The notes under the pieces: generated by a model
Told to the model about the DNA's origin: nothing
The model's input: only the letters and a program-made list of their open reading frames with translations
Database searches by the model: none
Made by a program: the position numbers and the translations under genes
Assembly (NCBI GenBank): GCA_038087875.1
Contig: JAXLNO010005613.1
Coordinates: forward strand, 1 to 64,000
Source of the DNA: Malacoraja senta
Taxonomy: Eukaryota
Length of the DNA stretch: 64,000 nucleotides
Reading direction: 5' to 3'
Part shown: piece by piece, positions 34,059 through 47,600 of the stretch
Numbering within the stretch: position 1 is the stretch's first letter
Layout: the number at the start of each line of letters is the position of its first letter

Positions 34059-36600
34059 AGTCAAGTCAAGTCAAGTCACATTTATTTATATAGCACATTT
34101 AAAAAATAACTCTCGTTGGCCAAAGTGCTTTACATTTGTTATAAGAATAGCATAAACAAAACAAACTACATACATATATACATGTAGCCCTCACTCAGAG
34201 GACATCAGGATACGTTTTTAGTCTTGACTTAAAAGAGTCGATGGAGGGGGCAGTTCTGATGGGAAAGGGGATGCTGTTCCACAGTCTAGGGGCTGCAACC
34301 GCAAAGGCGCGGTCACCCCTGAGCTTATGCCTAGACCGTGGGATATTCAGCAACCCCAAGTCGGCCGATCTGAGGGGCCTGGAGGTGGAGTGGTGGGTGA
34401 GAAGACTTTTTATGTAGGTGGGGGCAAGCCCATTGAGGGCTTTGTAGACATGGAAGAGGATCTTGAAGTTTGTACGGAACCGCACAGGGAGCCAGTGGAG
34501 AGAGGCCAGGATCGGGGTGATGTGGTCCCTTTTTCGGGTGCCCGTCAGGAGGCTCGCTGCGGCATTTTGGACAAGTTGCAGGCGGGACAGGGAAGATTGG
34601 CTGATGCCAGTGTAAAGGGAGTTGCAGTAATCTAGGCGGGAGGAGATGAATGTGTGGATGATCTTTTCAAGGTCATCCGACTGGAGGAATTGTTTTATTT
34701 TAGCTATCGTCTGAAGCTGAAAGAAGCTACCTTTTACCACGGCATTGACTTGTTTGTCAAATTTCAGTGCTGAGTCAAATATCACGCCAAGGTTTTTGAC
34801 GTGAGGTTTGAGTAGTGGGGTAAGGCTTCCAAGGCTGCCTGCTATCATTTTGATTGAATCTGAGGGGCTGAGAAGGATCACCTCAGACTTACTCTCGTTT
34901 AGTTGGAGGAAGTTCTGGGCCATCCAACACTTTATATCCTCGAGGCAGCGGGTAAGGTTAAGCAGATTTGATTGGTTTTTGGGCTTCAGGGGGAGATAGA
35001 GTTGTGTAGTCACTTATTAAAGATGGGTGCTAGAGTCACTTATTAAAGATGGGATAGCAGCACATTTGGAAAGTGGTGAAATCATTGGACAAAGTCAGCA
35101 TGGATTTACGAAAGGTAAATCATGTCTGACAAACCTTATAGAATTTTTCGAGGGTGTAACTAGTAGAGTGGATAGGGGAGAACCAGTGGATGTGTTGTAT
35201 CTGGACTTTCAGAAGGCTTTCGACAAGGTACCACATAAGAGATTAGTATACAAACTTAAAGCACACGGTATTGGGGGTTCAGTATTGATGTGGATAGAGA
35301 ACTGGCTGGCAAACAGGAAGCAAAGAGTAGGAGTAAACGGGTCCTTTTCACAATGGCAGGCAGTGACTAGTGGGGTACCGCAAGGCTCAGTGCTGGGACC
35401 CCAGCTATTTACAATTTATATTAATGAACTGGATGAGGGAATTGAAGGCAACATCTCCAAGTTTGCGGATGTCACTAAGCTGGGGGGCAGTGTTAGCTGT
35501 GAGGAGGATGCTAGGAGACTGCAAGGTGACTTGGATAGGCTGGGTGAGTGGGCAAATGTTTGGCAGGTGCAGTATAATGTGGATAAATGTGAGGTTATCC
35601 ACTTTGGTGGCAAAAACAGGAAAGCAGACTATTATCTAAATGGTGGCCGATTAGGAAATGGGGAGATGCAGCGAGACCTGGGTGTCATGGTACACCAGTC
35701 ATTGAAAGTAGGCATGCAGGTGCAGCAGGCAGTGAAGAAAGCGAATGGCATGTTAGCTTTCATAGCAAAAGGATTTGAGCATAGGAGCAGGGAGGTTCTA
35801 CTGCAGTTGTACAGGGTATTGGTGAGACCACACCTGGAGTATTGCGTACAGTTTTGGTCTCCAAATCTGAGGAAGGACATTATAGCCATAGAGGGAGTGC
35901 AGAGAAGGTTCACCAGACTGATTCCTGGGATGTCAGGACTTTCATATGAAGAAAGACTGGATAGACTTGGCTTATATTCGCTAGAATTTAGGAGATTGAG
36001 AGGGGATCTTATAGAAACGTACAAAATTCTTATGGGGTTGGACAGGCTAGATGCAAGAAGATTGTTCCCGATGTTGGGGAAGTCCAGGACAAGGGGTCAC
36101 AGCTTAAGGATAAGGGGGAAATCCTTTAAGACCGAGATGAGGAAAAACTTTTTCACACAGAGAGTGGTAAATCTCTGGAACTCTCTGCCACAGAGGGTAG
36201 TTGAGGCAAGTTCATTGGATATATTTAAGAGGGAGTTAGATGTGGCCCTTGTGGCTAAGGGGATCAGGGGGTATGGAGAGAAGGCAGGTACGGGATACTG
36301 AGTTGGATGATCAGCCATGATCATATTGAATGGCGGTGCAGGCTCGAAGGGCCGAATGGCCTACTCCTGCACCTATTTTCTATGTATCTATGTATCTATG
36401 TATCGTCTGCGTAGCAATGGAAGGAAATGCCGTGCCTTTCAATGAATTGGCCTAAGGGGAGCATATAAAGGGAGAAGAGAATGGGGCCAAGGATGGAACC
36501 TTGTGGAACCCCACAGCAGAGATTAGCTGGGGAGGAGAAAGTGTTGCCTATGTTAGTCGAGAAACTCCTACCTTTGAGGTAGGAGATGAACCAGCTCAGG
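34059..36600 (-). mobile_element. 5'-truncated L2-clade LINE, U4 copy (interrupted by CR1)
   Basis: ORFs 34195-35013 and 36396-36617 flank the CR1. Confidence 0.9.
35008..36400 (+). mobile_element. Young 5'-truncated CR1 LINE inserted in the U4 L2, 424-codon open RT frame (35027-36301)
   Basis: Motifs SQHGFTKGKSCLTNL, YLDFQKAFDKVPH and GVPQGSVLGP; the catalytic site reads FADV rather than FADD; tail ttctatgtatctatgtatctatg. Confidence 0.94.
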
Positions 36601-39600
36601 GCACCGAAGATTGACACAAAATGCTGGAGTAACCCAGCAGGACAGGTAGCATCTCTGGAATGGGTGATATTTCAGGTCGAGATATGTCAGGGGTTATGAG
36701 GAGTAGGCAGGAGAATGGTGTTGAAAGGGAAAGATAGACCAGCCGTGATTGAATGACGGAGTAGACTTGATGGGCCGAATGGCCTAATTCAGCTCCCATC
36801 TGAATCTGCATGGACTTTGCAGTTGGTGTTGCTTGTTAAGAAATGGTTGCTCAGCTTTGAAGAGTAAGGTCGGCTTGGTGGAGTGAGTGTGAAGGAGACA
36901 GTAGACGGCTGATGGGTGAATGGCTTTTATTCCTCAGTGCAACCGGTTACAACTGCCCCTCCCCCACACTGACCTCTCACCTCGGCAGCGACCCTCAACC
37001 CCGAAACCACCCCCAAACTCACTGCAACACCTGCTGACCCCTGACCTTTCACATTCAGACTGACACCTGACCAGTCGGGGAAGCCCAGCCTTTTAACCTT
37101 GACCCCCACCACTTCACCTCTGACTCTGGCCTAGTTCAGGATACCAGGGTGGTCATGATCTCGGGGAAGCCATTCACTCTGGCCACCTGCCCTCTAACAC
37201 CCCTCAGCTGACCCCTGACCCTGAGGTCAGCGCAGGACGGGCCTGAGGTCGGGGAAGTGCTGGTGTGACCTTTTGACCACTGACTCCCACCCTCTGACCT
37301 CCGACCTCACACTGTGACCCCTGAGCCCTGCCCCAGCCTAGAGTTCACTGCAGCAGATGGTGCAGTGAACTCTGTTATTTAGTTTGCCTGTCCCCACAGA
37401 TCACCATCTGTGCTGCACCTTGCCACACACAATGTCTGACTTTCCTGTGTATATTACAGGTGCAGCAATGACCAGCCGACACACACGCCACATCCACTCA
37501 AGAGATCGCCATGCAGCTGCTGACGTTGGCAAATGGAGTCTCCCTGTCTTTCACTCACTCACTCGGCAATCCGAGGCTACTGCACTGCAAACGCTCATTT
37601 CAGGAGATAAACTTGGAAATGCACTGGGGATGCTGGGGAAGAAACCGGTTGGGACTGAGGGGGGTGGGGCGAGTGGGGGGAGGGGGGGAGGGGGGGGTGA
37701 GGGGGGGACAGGATAGGACATGACAGTGGGAAAATGTCAGGGTATGAGACACTGGAGTGGGTGGCATTCAGGAGTGGGAGAGGAAGGCAGGATTAATGTT
37801 TGGGAAAGGGGAGCAGGGGATGGGAATGTGATGAGTGAAGGAGAAGAGGGGAGTGTGGGAGGGGGAGGGATGCGCTGATATTGTGGAGCAAGAAGGGGAC
37901 ATGGGGAGGGGAGAAGGAACAGGAAGCAATGTGGTGGAGGGGGGCCGATGCTTGGGGACTTGCTCAATCAGGTTTTGTAAAGCAGATGTTGTTTAACTCA
38001 TTGTCTGCAGCTTGTTTTTAATTTTTCTGCTGAACTGCATGTTTTCATTTGAAATTAGATACATAAATAAAAGAAAATAACAAGAACATGAAATGTTTGG
38101 AGTTAATCATCACTACTCATCACTTTAGGGACTTCAGCTGAGGATGTTGCCAGGATTTTTACGAGGATGTTGCCAGGACTCGAGGGTGTGAGCTACAGGG
38201 AGAGGTTGAGTAGGCTTGGTCTCTATTCTATGGAGCATAGGAGGATGAGGGGTGATCTTGTAGAGGTGCACAAAATCATAAGAGGAATAGATCGGGTAGA
38301 TGCACAGAGTCTTTTACCCAGAGTAGGGGAATCGAGGACCTGTGGACATAGGTTCAAGTTGAAGGGGAAAAGATTTAAAAGAAATCCGAGGGGTACATTT
38401 TTCACACAGAGGGTGGTAGGTGTATTGAACAAGCTGCCAGAGGAGGTAGTCCATCGTTTAAGAAACAGTTGGACAGGTAATAATAATAATAATAATACAT
38501 TTTATTTATGGGCGCCTTTCAAATCTCAAGGACACCTTACAGATTTTACAGTAAAAACATGTAAGCAGAAAAAAATAAATAGTAAAGACATCACAAGTAC
38601 ACAAATAAAAACAGAATTCAATCCGAACACAAAAATCAAAAACACAGTATGGAAGAGAGAGCAGTGGTTGCTAATATGCGCCAGCGTCCACTCCCCCTTC
38701 CGGCAGCCATCTTGGACATTAAGTAAAACAATCAATTAACATTTACACACACACAAAAATCATCCCCCCACAATGATTACCACTGTGGGGGAAGGCACAA
38801 TGTCCAGTCCCCAACCCCAGTTCTCCCAAAGACGGCATATTGAGGCCTCCACAGTTGCCTCTACGGAGGCCCGATGTCCTTGGCCGTTCCCGCCGGGTGC
38901 AGTTGCCCTGGTGTCGGGAGAGTCCTCGCAGCGGCTGGAACAGCTAATCTCCTATTGGAGTCCGTGGCACCTGAAGGCCGAGGCCGCGCCGATTTGGAGC
39001 TCAGAGGCTCCCGATGTTGGAGTCGGCGCCGCCGCCCACGGCTGGTCGCTCCGCAAGTCCCGCAGCCCGGAGGTGTTGAGCTCGGCGGTCGCAGCTCACC
39101 GGAACTCCAGCGCGTCGATCCAGCGCGGCGACCCAGGCAAGGCATCGCCCGCTCCGCTCCGCGATAGTGCTCCAGCACTGTGCCGCCACCAAAGCTGAAG
39201 GTGCGAGGCGGTCCCCGCCAGGAAACGCCGCTCCAGGACCGCTGGTAGGCCGCAAGGACGGGTCGACGGGGCAGCCCGGAGAAAAAGCCGCCTCACCGAC
39301 CAGGTAGGGACCTAAAAATAGATTTTTACCATTACCCCCCCACAAGAAAAGTCAAATTCCCCAGGAAAGACAGACATAGTTAACTAAAAACTAAAGCAAA
39401 AAGTGAAATTAACGGACGGCTGCTGGTTAGCAGCCGTTCCCCAAGATGACAGGTTTGGAGGGATATGGACCAAGTGCAGGCAAGTGGGACTAGGGTAGCT
39501 GGGACATTGATGGCCGGTGTGGGCGTGTTGGGCTGAAGGGCCTGTTTCCACACTGTATTAATCCATGACTCTATGAGTGCACCAAATACACCAGATATTG

Positions 39601-41612
39601 GGCTAAAACGCATCAGGAGAGGAGTACATGGACAGGTTCAGAATAGGATACAACAGATACTGAAGAGTCAACACCAGCACCTGGTCCAAAAGGCGTAAGT
39701 CCGAGGGCCAGACATTGCAGGAAATCCCACGTGGCCGGGTATTGGAGGAACACACCTCGGGGAAAAGACATTGGGGACATGACCAGACAATGGTAGGCCT
39801 CCGGGGAGTGTTGTAGAGCAGAGGGATCTAGGAGTACAGATGCATGGTTCCTTGAAGGTGGAGTCACAGGTAGATAGGGTGGTCAAAAAGACTTTTGACA
39901 CATTGGGTTTTATCAGTCTGAGTATTGAGTATAGAAGTTGAGAGGTCATGTGCGAATTCTCTACCTCAGAGGGGGGTGGAGGCAGGTTCTCTGGATACTT
40001 TGAAGAGAGAGCTAGATAGGGCTCTTAAAGATAGCGGAGTCAGGGGATATGGGGAGGAGGCTGGAACGGGCTCCTGATTGTGGATGATTTGCCATGATCA
40101 CATTGAATGGCGGTGCTGACTCGAAGGGCCGAATGGCCTACTCTTGCACCTATTGTCTATTGTCTATTATATAAGTCATTGATGGGACCACATTTAGAGT
40201 ATTGTGCTCAGTTCTGGCCACCATGTTATTGGGAAGATGTCAACAAGCTGGAAAGGGTACGGAGAAGATTCATGAGGATGTTGCCAGGATTTCAGGGTCG
40301 GCTATAGGGAAAGGTTGAGTATGCTGGGACTCTAATCCTTGGAGCGCAGGAAGATGAGGGGTGACCTTATAGAGGTGTACAAAATCATGAGAGGAATAGA
40401 TCGGGTAGATACACAGCGTCTTTTGCCCAGAGTAGGGGAATCGAGGACCAGAGGACATAGGTTCAAGGTGAAGGGGAAAAGATTGAATTGGAATCTGAGG
40501 GGTAACTTTTCCACACAGAGGGTGGTGGGTGTATGGAATGAGCTGCGGGAGGAGGTAGTTGTGGCTGGGACTATCCCAATATTTAAGAAACAGTTGGACA
40601 GGTACATTGATAGGACAGGGTTGGAAGGATGTGGGCCAAACACAGGCAGGTGGGACTAGTGTAGCTGGGACATGGAAACAATTCATGAAATCAATATTCA
40701 TACTGCTGGGTTGTAAGCTGTCCAAGTGAAATATGAGATGCTGTTCCTCCAATTTGTGTTTCATCTCACTCTGACAGTGGAGGGGGCCCAGGACAGAAAG
40801 GTCGACGTGGGAATGGGATGGGGAATTAAAGTGTTTGGCAACCGGGAGATCAGGTTGGTCCAGGCAGACTGAGCGAAGGTTTTCAGCGAAACTATCGCCC
40901 AGTCTACGTCTGGTCTCGCAGATGTGTAAGAGTCCACACCTTGAGGTTGATGAGGTTGGAGGAGGTGCAAGTGAAGTGAACTAACATTTATTTCCCGTCC
41001 ACAACCGCTTATGAACTGGATGTTTCCCTGGGCCATTTCAGAGCTGATAAGGGTCGGCTACATGACTGGGGGCCTGGAGTCACATAACGAGACCAGGTAA
41101 AGTCACCAGATGCTCTTCCCTGAAGCTTACAGTCATGGGTTTAGACACCAATGGTAGACAAAAATGCTGGAGAAACTCAGTGGGTGAGGCAGCATCTATG
41201 GAGCGAAGGAATAGGTGACGTTTCGGGTCCAGACCCTTCCTCAGACTGATGTGTGGGTGGGGGTAAGAAGAAAGAAAGAGACAGAGACAGTGGGCTGTGG
41301 GAGAGCTGGGAAAAGGAGGGGAAAGAGGGAGAAAGCAAGGACTACCTGAAATAGCGATATGAACATTGATTTCTCCAATTTCAGGTATTCCTCGCTTTCT
41401 CCCTCTTTCCACTCCCCTTCCCAGCTCTCCCACAGCCCACTGTCTCCGCCTCTTCCTTTCTTCTTCTTCCCGCCCCGCCCACACCCCCCCACCCCGAATC
41501 AGTCTGAAGAAGGGTCTCAACCCAAAAGGTCACCTATTCCTTCGCTCCATAGATGCTGCCTCACCCGCTGAGTTTCTCCAGCATTTTTGTCTACCTTCGA
41601 TTTTTCCAGCAT

Positions 41613-44600
41613 CTGCAGTCTATCTGGTTTACTCCGAAGATAGACACAAAATGCTGGAGTAACTCGGCGGGACAGGCAGCATCTCTGGATAGAAAGAAAG
41701 GGTGATGTTTTGGGTCGAGACCCTTCTCAAGAGAGAGTTAGATTTAGCTCTTAGGGCTAAGGGAATCAAGGGATATGGGGGAAAAGCAGGAACGGGGTAT
41801 TGATTTTAGATGATCAGCCATGATCATATTCAATGGCTGTGCTGGCTCGAAGGGCCGAATGGCCTACTCCTGCACCTATTTTATATGTTTCAGACTGAGA
41901 GTGGGGGTGGGAGGATGTTTTTCAAATTTTAAAACAACTACTGGGTATAATTTGTGCTGATTCAGATTATAACTGCGGCAATTTGGTAAGGCAACTGTGC
42001 CAACTTTAACATCTTGGAAACAAAGATCACAGGTTCAAATCCCGTCAGTGCCCATATTTACTTCCCTTTAATAGGGTGGCACAGTGGTGCAGCAGGTAGA
42101 GCTGCTGCCTCATATACTCGGGTATGATCCTGACCTCAGGTGCTGTCTGTGAAGTTTGCAGGTTCTCCTTGTAACGACGTGTGTGTATTGTGTGAAATAC
42201 AGCAAACTTGTGTGTATTTTATTTTTTAATTACTTGTTCTTTTTGTACATATTGTTCTTTCACACATTCAGTATGCTCGACAATCACTTTTGGAGTTAAG
42301 AAAGTCAGCCAACGGGTGACTTTAACTCAATGGGTGTACGTTAACTCAAGCTAACTAGGTTATTCCCCTTTCTTATCTATTCCCTGCACACCAGTGCAAT
42401 TTACAAAAACTATGGTCAGCGTGCACTTGGAGGGCAGAAGGGCCTGTTTCCCTACAATGGTGAATTAGAGGAGGGCACCATCAAATGGGGAATTAGGGGA
42501 GGGCACCACCAATTATGTTTGTTTGCTCTGGGCAATGTGAGCTGAAGATGTTGGTTTAGTCAAGTCAAGTCAAGTCACATTTATTTATATAGCACATTTA
42601 AAAAACAACTCTCGTTGGCCAAAGTGCTTTACATTTGTTATAAGAATAGCATAAACAAAACAAACTACATACATATATACATGTAGCCCTCACTCAGAGG
42701 ACATCAGGATACGTTTTTAGTCTTGACTTAAAAGAGTCGATGGAGGGGGCAGTTCTGATGGGAAAGGGGATGCTGTTCCACAGTCTAGGGGCTGCAACCG
42801 CAAAGGTGCGGTCACCCCTGAGCTTATGCCTAGACCGTGGGATATTCAGCAACCCCAAGTCGGCCGATCTGAGGGGCCTGGAGGTGGAGTGGTGGGTGAG
42901 AAGACTTTTTATGTAGGTGGGGGCAAGCCCATTGAGGGCTTTGTAGACATGGAGGAGGATCTTGAAGTTTGTACGGAACCGCACAGGGAGCCAGTGGAGA
43001 GAGGCCAGGATCGGGGTGATGTGGTCCCTTTTTCGGGTGCCCGTCAGGAGTCTCGCTGCGGCGTTTTGGACCAGTTGCAGGCGGGACAGGGAAGATTGGC
43101 TGATGCCAGTGTAAAGGGAGTTGCAGTAATCTAGGTGGGAGGAGATGAATGTGTGGATGATCTTTTCAAGGTCATCAAACTGGAGGAATTGTTTTATTTT
43201 AGCTATCGTCCGAAGCTGAACGAAGCTACCTTTTACCACGGCATTGACTTGTTTGTCAAATTTCAGTGCTGAGTCAAATATCACGCCAAGGTTTTTGACG
43301 TGAGGTTTGAGTAGTGGGGTAAGGCTTCCAAGGCTGCCTGCTATCATTTTGATTGAATCCGAGGGGCTGAGAAGGATGACCTCAGACTTACTCTCGTTTA
43401 GTTGGAGGAAGTTCTGGGCCATCCAACACTTTATATCCTCGAGGCAGCGGGTAAGGTTAAGCAGATTTGATTGTTTTTTGGGCTTGAGGGGGAGATAGAG
43501 TTGTGTATCGTCTGCGTAGGAATGGAAGGAAATGCCGTGCCTTTCAATGACTTGGCCTAAGGGGAGCATATATAGGGAGAAGAGATTGGGGCCAAGGATG
43601 GAACCTTGTGGAACCCCACAGCAGAGATTAGCTGGGGAGGAGAAAGTGTTGCCTATGTTAGTCGAGAAACTCCTACCTTTGAGGTAGGAGATGAACCAGC
43701 TCAGGGCACCGAAGATTGACACAAAATGCTGGAGTAACCCAGCAGGACGGGTAGCATCTCTGGAATGGGTGATATTTCAGGTCGAGATCCTCTCCCGACT
43801 GTCTGAGGAAGGGTCTCGACCTGAAACATCCCCCATTCCTTCTCTCCAGAGATACTTCCTGTCCCTCTGAGATACTCCAGATTTTTGTGTCTAACTTTGT
43901 TTGATCCGTCTTTAATAAATTTACATTACTTTGTGAAAGGCCACTTTCGCAATGTTTCCACTAGTGGAAGATAGTGAAAGGACGTTCCTTTAGGAAGGAG
44001 ATGAGGAGGAATTTATTTTGTCAGAGGGTGGTGAATCTGTGGGACTCATTGCCACAGACGGCCATGGAGGCCAAGTCAACGGCATTTTTAAGGCAGAGAT
44101 AAATAAATTCTTGATTAGAACGGATGTCAGGGGTTATGAGGAGTAGGCAGGAGAATGGTGTTGAAAGGGAAAGATAGACCAGCCGTGATTGAATGACGGA
44201 GTAGACTTGATGGGCCGAATGGCCTAATTCAGCTCCCATCTCTTATGACCTTTCCATGGAATCTGAATCTGCATGGACTTTGCAGTTGGTGTTGCTTGTT
44301 AAGAAATGGTTGCTCAGCTTTGAAGAGTAAGGTCGGCTTGGTGGAGCGAGTGTGAAGGAGACAGTAGACAGCTGATGGGTGAATGGCCTTTATTCCTCAG
44401 TGGAAGCGGTTACAACTGCCCCTCCCCCGCACTGACCTCTCACCTCGGCAGCGACCCTCAACCCCGAAACCACCCCCAAACCTACTGCAACACCTGCTGA
44501 CCCCTGACATTTCAGATTCAGACTGACACCTGACCAGTCGGGGAAGCCCAGCCTTTTAACCTTGACCCCCACCACTTCACCTCTGACTCTGGCCTAGTTC

Positions 44601-47600
44601 AGGATACCAGGGTGGTCGTGATCTCGGGGAAGCCATTCACTCTGACCACCCGCCCTCTAACACCCCTCAGCTGACCCCTGACCCTGAGGTCAGCGCAGGA
44701 CTGGCCTGAGGTCGGGGAAGTGCTGGTGTGACCTTTTGACCACTGACTCCCACCCTCTGACCTCCGACCTCACACTGTGACCCCGGAGCCCTGACCCCAG
44801 CCTAGAGTTCACTGCAGCAGGAGGTGCAGTGAACTCTGTTATTTAGTTTGCCTGTCCCTACAGATCACCATCTGTGCTGCACCTTGCCACACACAATGTC
44901 TGACTTTCCTGTGTATATTACAGGTGCAGCAATGACCAGCCGACACACATGCCACATCCACTCAAGAGATCGCCATGCAGCTGCTGACGTTGGCAAATGG
45001 AGTCTCCCTGTCTTTCACTCACTCACTCGGCAATCCGAGGCTACTGCACTGCAAACGCTCATTTCAGGAGATAAACTTGGAAATGCACTGGGGATGCTGG
45101 GGAAGAAACCGGTTGGGACTGAGGGGGGTGGGGCGAGTGGGGGGGGGAGGGGGGGTGAGGGGGGGACAGGATAGGACATGACAGTGGGAAAATGTCAGGG
45201 TATGAGACACTGGAGTGGGTGGCATTCAGGAGTGGGAGAGGAAGGCAGGATTAATGTTTGGGAAAGGGGAGCAGGGGATGGGAATGTGATGAGTGAAGGA
45301 GAAGAGGGGAGTGTGGGAGGGGGAGGGATGCACTGATATTGTGGAGCAAGAAGGGGACATGGGGAGGGGAGAAGGAACAGGAAGCAATGTGGTGGAGGGG
45401 GGGCCGATGCTTGGGGACTTGCTCAATCAGGTTTTGTAAAGCAGATGTTGTTTAACTCATTGTCTGCAGCTTATTTTTAATTTTTCTGCTGAACTGCATG
45501 TTTTCATTTGAAATTAGATACATAAATAAATGAAAATATCAAGAACATGAAATGTTTGGAGTTAATCATCACTTTACTCATCACTTTAGGGATGTTGCCA
45601 GGACTCGAGGGTGTGAGCTACAGGGAGAGGTTGAGTAGGTTGGGTCTGTATTCTATGGAGCATATGAGGATGAGGGGTGATCTTATAGAGATGTACAAAA
45701 TCATAAGAGGAATAGATCGGGTAGACGCACAGAGTCTTTTACCCAGAGTAGGGGAATCGAGGACCAGTGGACATAGGTTCAAGGTGAAGGGAAAAGATTT
45801 AAAAGAAATCCGAGGGGTACATTTTTCACACAGAGGGTGGTGGGTGTATTGAACAAGCTGCCAGAGGAGGTAGTCCATCGTTTAAGAAACAGTTGGACAG
45901 GTAATAATAATAATAATAATACATTTTATTTATGGGCGCCTTTCAAATCTCAAGGACACCTTACAGATTTTACAGTAGAAACATGTAAGCAGAAAAAAAT
46001 AAATAGTAAAGACATCACAAGTACACAAATAAAAACAGAATTCAATCCGAACACAAAAATCAAAAACATAGTATGGAAGAGAGAGCAGCGATTGCTAATA
46101 CGCGCCAGCGTCCACTCCCCCTTCCGGCAGCCATCTTGGACATAAAGTAAAACAATCAATTAACATTTACACACAAAAATCATCCCCTACAATGATTACC
46201 ACTGTGGGGGAAGGCACAATGCCCAGTTCCCAACCCCAGTTCTCCCAAAGACGGCATATTGAGGCCTCCACAGTTGCCTCTACGGAGGCCTGATGTTCCT
46301 GGCCGTTCTCGCCGGGTGCAGTTGCCCTGGTGTCGGGAGAGTCCTCGCAGCGGCTGGAACAGCTAATCTGCTATTGGAGTCCGTGGCACCTGAAGCCAAC
46401 AAGGCCGTGCCGATTTGGAGCTCAGAGGCTCCCGATGTTGGAGTCGGCACCGCCGCCCGCGGCTGGTCGCTCCGCAAGTCCCGCAGCCCGGAGGTGTTGA
46501 GCTCGGCGGTCGCAGCTCACCGGAACTCCAGCGCGTCGATCCAGCACGGCGACCCAGGCAAGGTATCGCCCGCTCCGCTCCGCGATAGCGCTCCAGCACT
46601 GTGCCGCCACCAAAGCTGAAGGTGCGAGGCGGTCTCCGCCAGGAAACGTCGCTCCAGTCCCGCTGGTAGGCCGCAAGGACGGGTCGACGGGGCAGCCCGG
46701 AGAAAAAGCCGCCTCACCGACCAGGTAGGGACCTAAAAATAGTTTCCCCCATTGCCCCCCCACAAGAAAAGTCAAATTCCCCAGGAAAGACAGACATAGT
46801 TAACTAAAAACTAAAGCAAAAAGTGAAATTAACGGACGGCTGCTGGTTAGCAGCCGTTCCCCAAGATGACAGGTTTGGAGGGATATGGACCAAGTGCAGG
46901 CAAGTGGGACTAGGGTAGCTGGGACATTGATGGCCGGTGTGGGCGTGTTGGGCTGAAGGGCCTGTTTCCACACTGTATTAATCCATGACTCTATGAGTGC
47001 ACCAAATACACCAGATATTGGGCTAAAATTCATCAGGAGAGGAGTACATGGACAGGTTCAGATTAGGATACAACAGATACTGAAGAGTCAACACCAGCAC
47101 CTGATCCAAATGCCGTAAGTCCGAGGGCCAGACATTGCAGGAAATCCCACGGGGCCGGGTATTGGAGGAACACACCTTGGGGAAAAGACATTGGGGACAT
47201 GACCAGACAATGGTAGGCCTCCGGGGAGTGTTGTAGAGCAGAGGGATCTAGGAGTACAGGTGCATGGTTCCTTGAAGGTGGAGTCGCAGGTAGATAGGGT
47301 GGTCAAAAAGACTTTTGACACATTGGGTTTCATCAGTCTGAGTATTGAGTATAGAAGTTGAGAGGTCTTGTGCGAATTCTCTGCCTCAGAGGGCGGTGGA
47401 GGCAGGTTGTCTGGATACTTTCAAGAGAGAGCTAGATAGGGCTCTTAAAGATAGCGGAGTCTGGGGATATGGGGAGGAGGCTGGAACGGGCTCCTGATTG
47501 TGGATGATCAGCCATGATCACATTGAATGGCGGTGCTGACTCGAAGGGCCGAATGGCCTACTCCTGCACCTATTGTCTATTGTCTATTATATGTCATTGA

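Larger units (their letters stand above)
27926..41612. repeat. Array unit U4 (private L1 and CR1 insertions)
   Basis: Landmark-to-landmark comparison with the other units. Confidence 0.92.
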
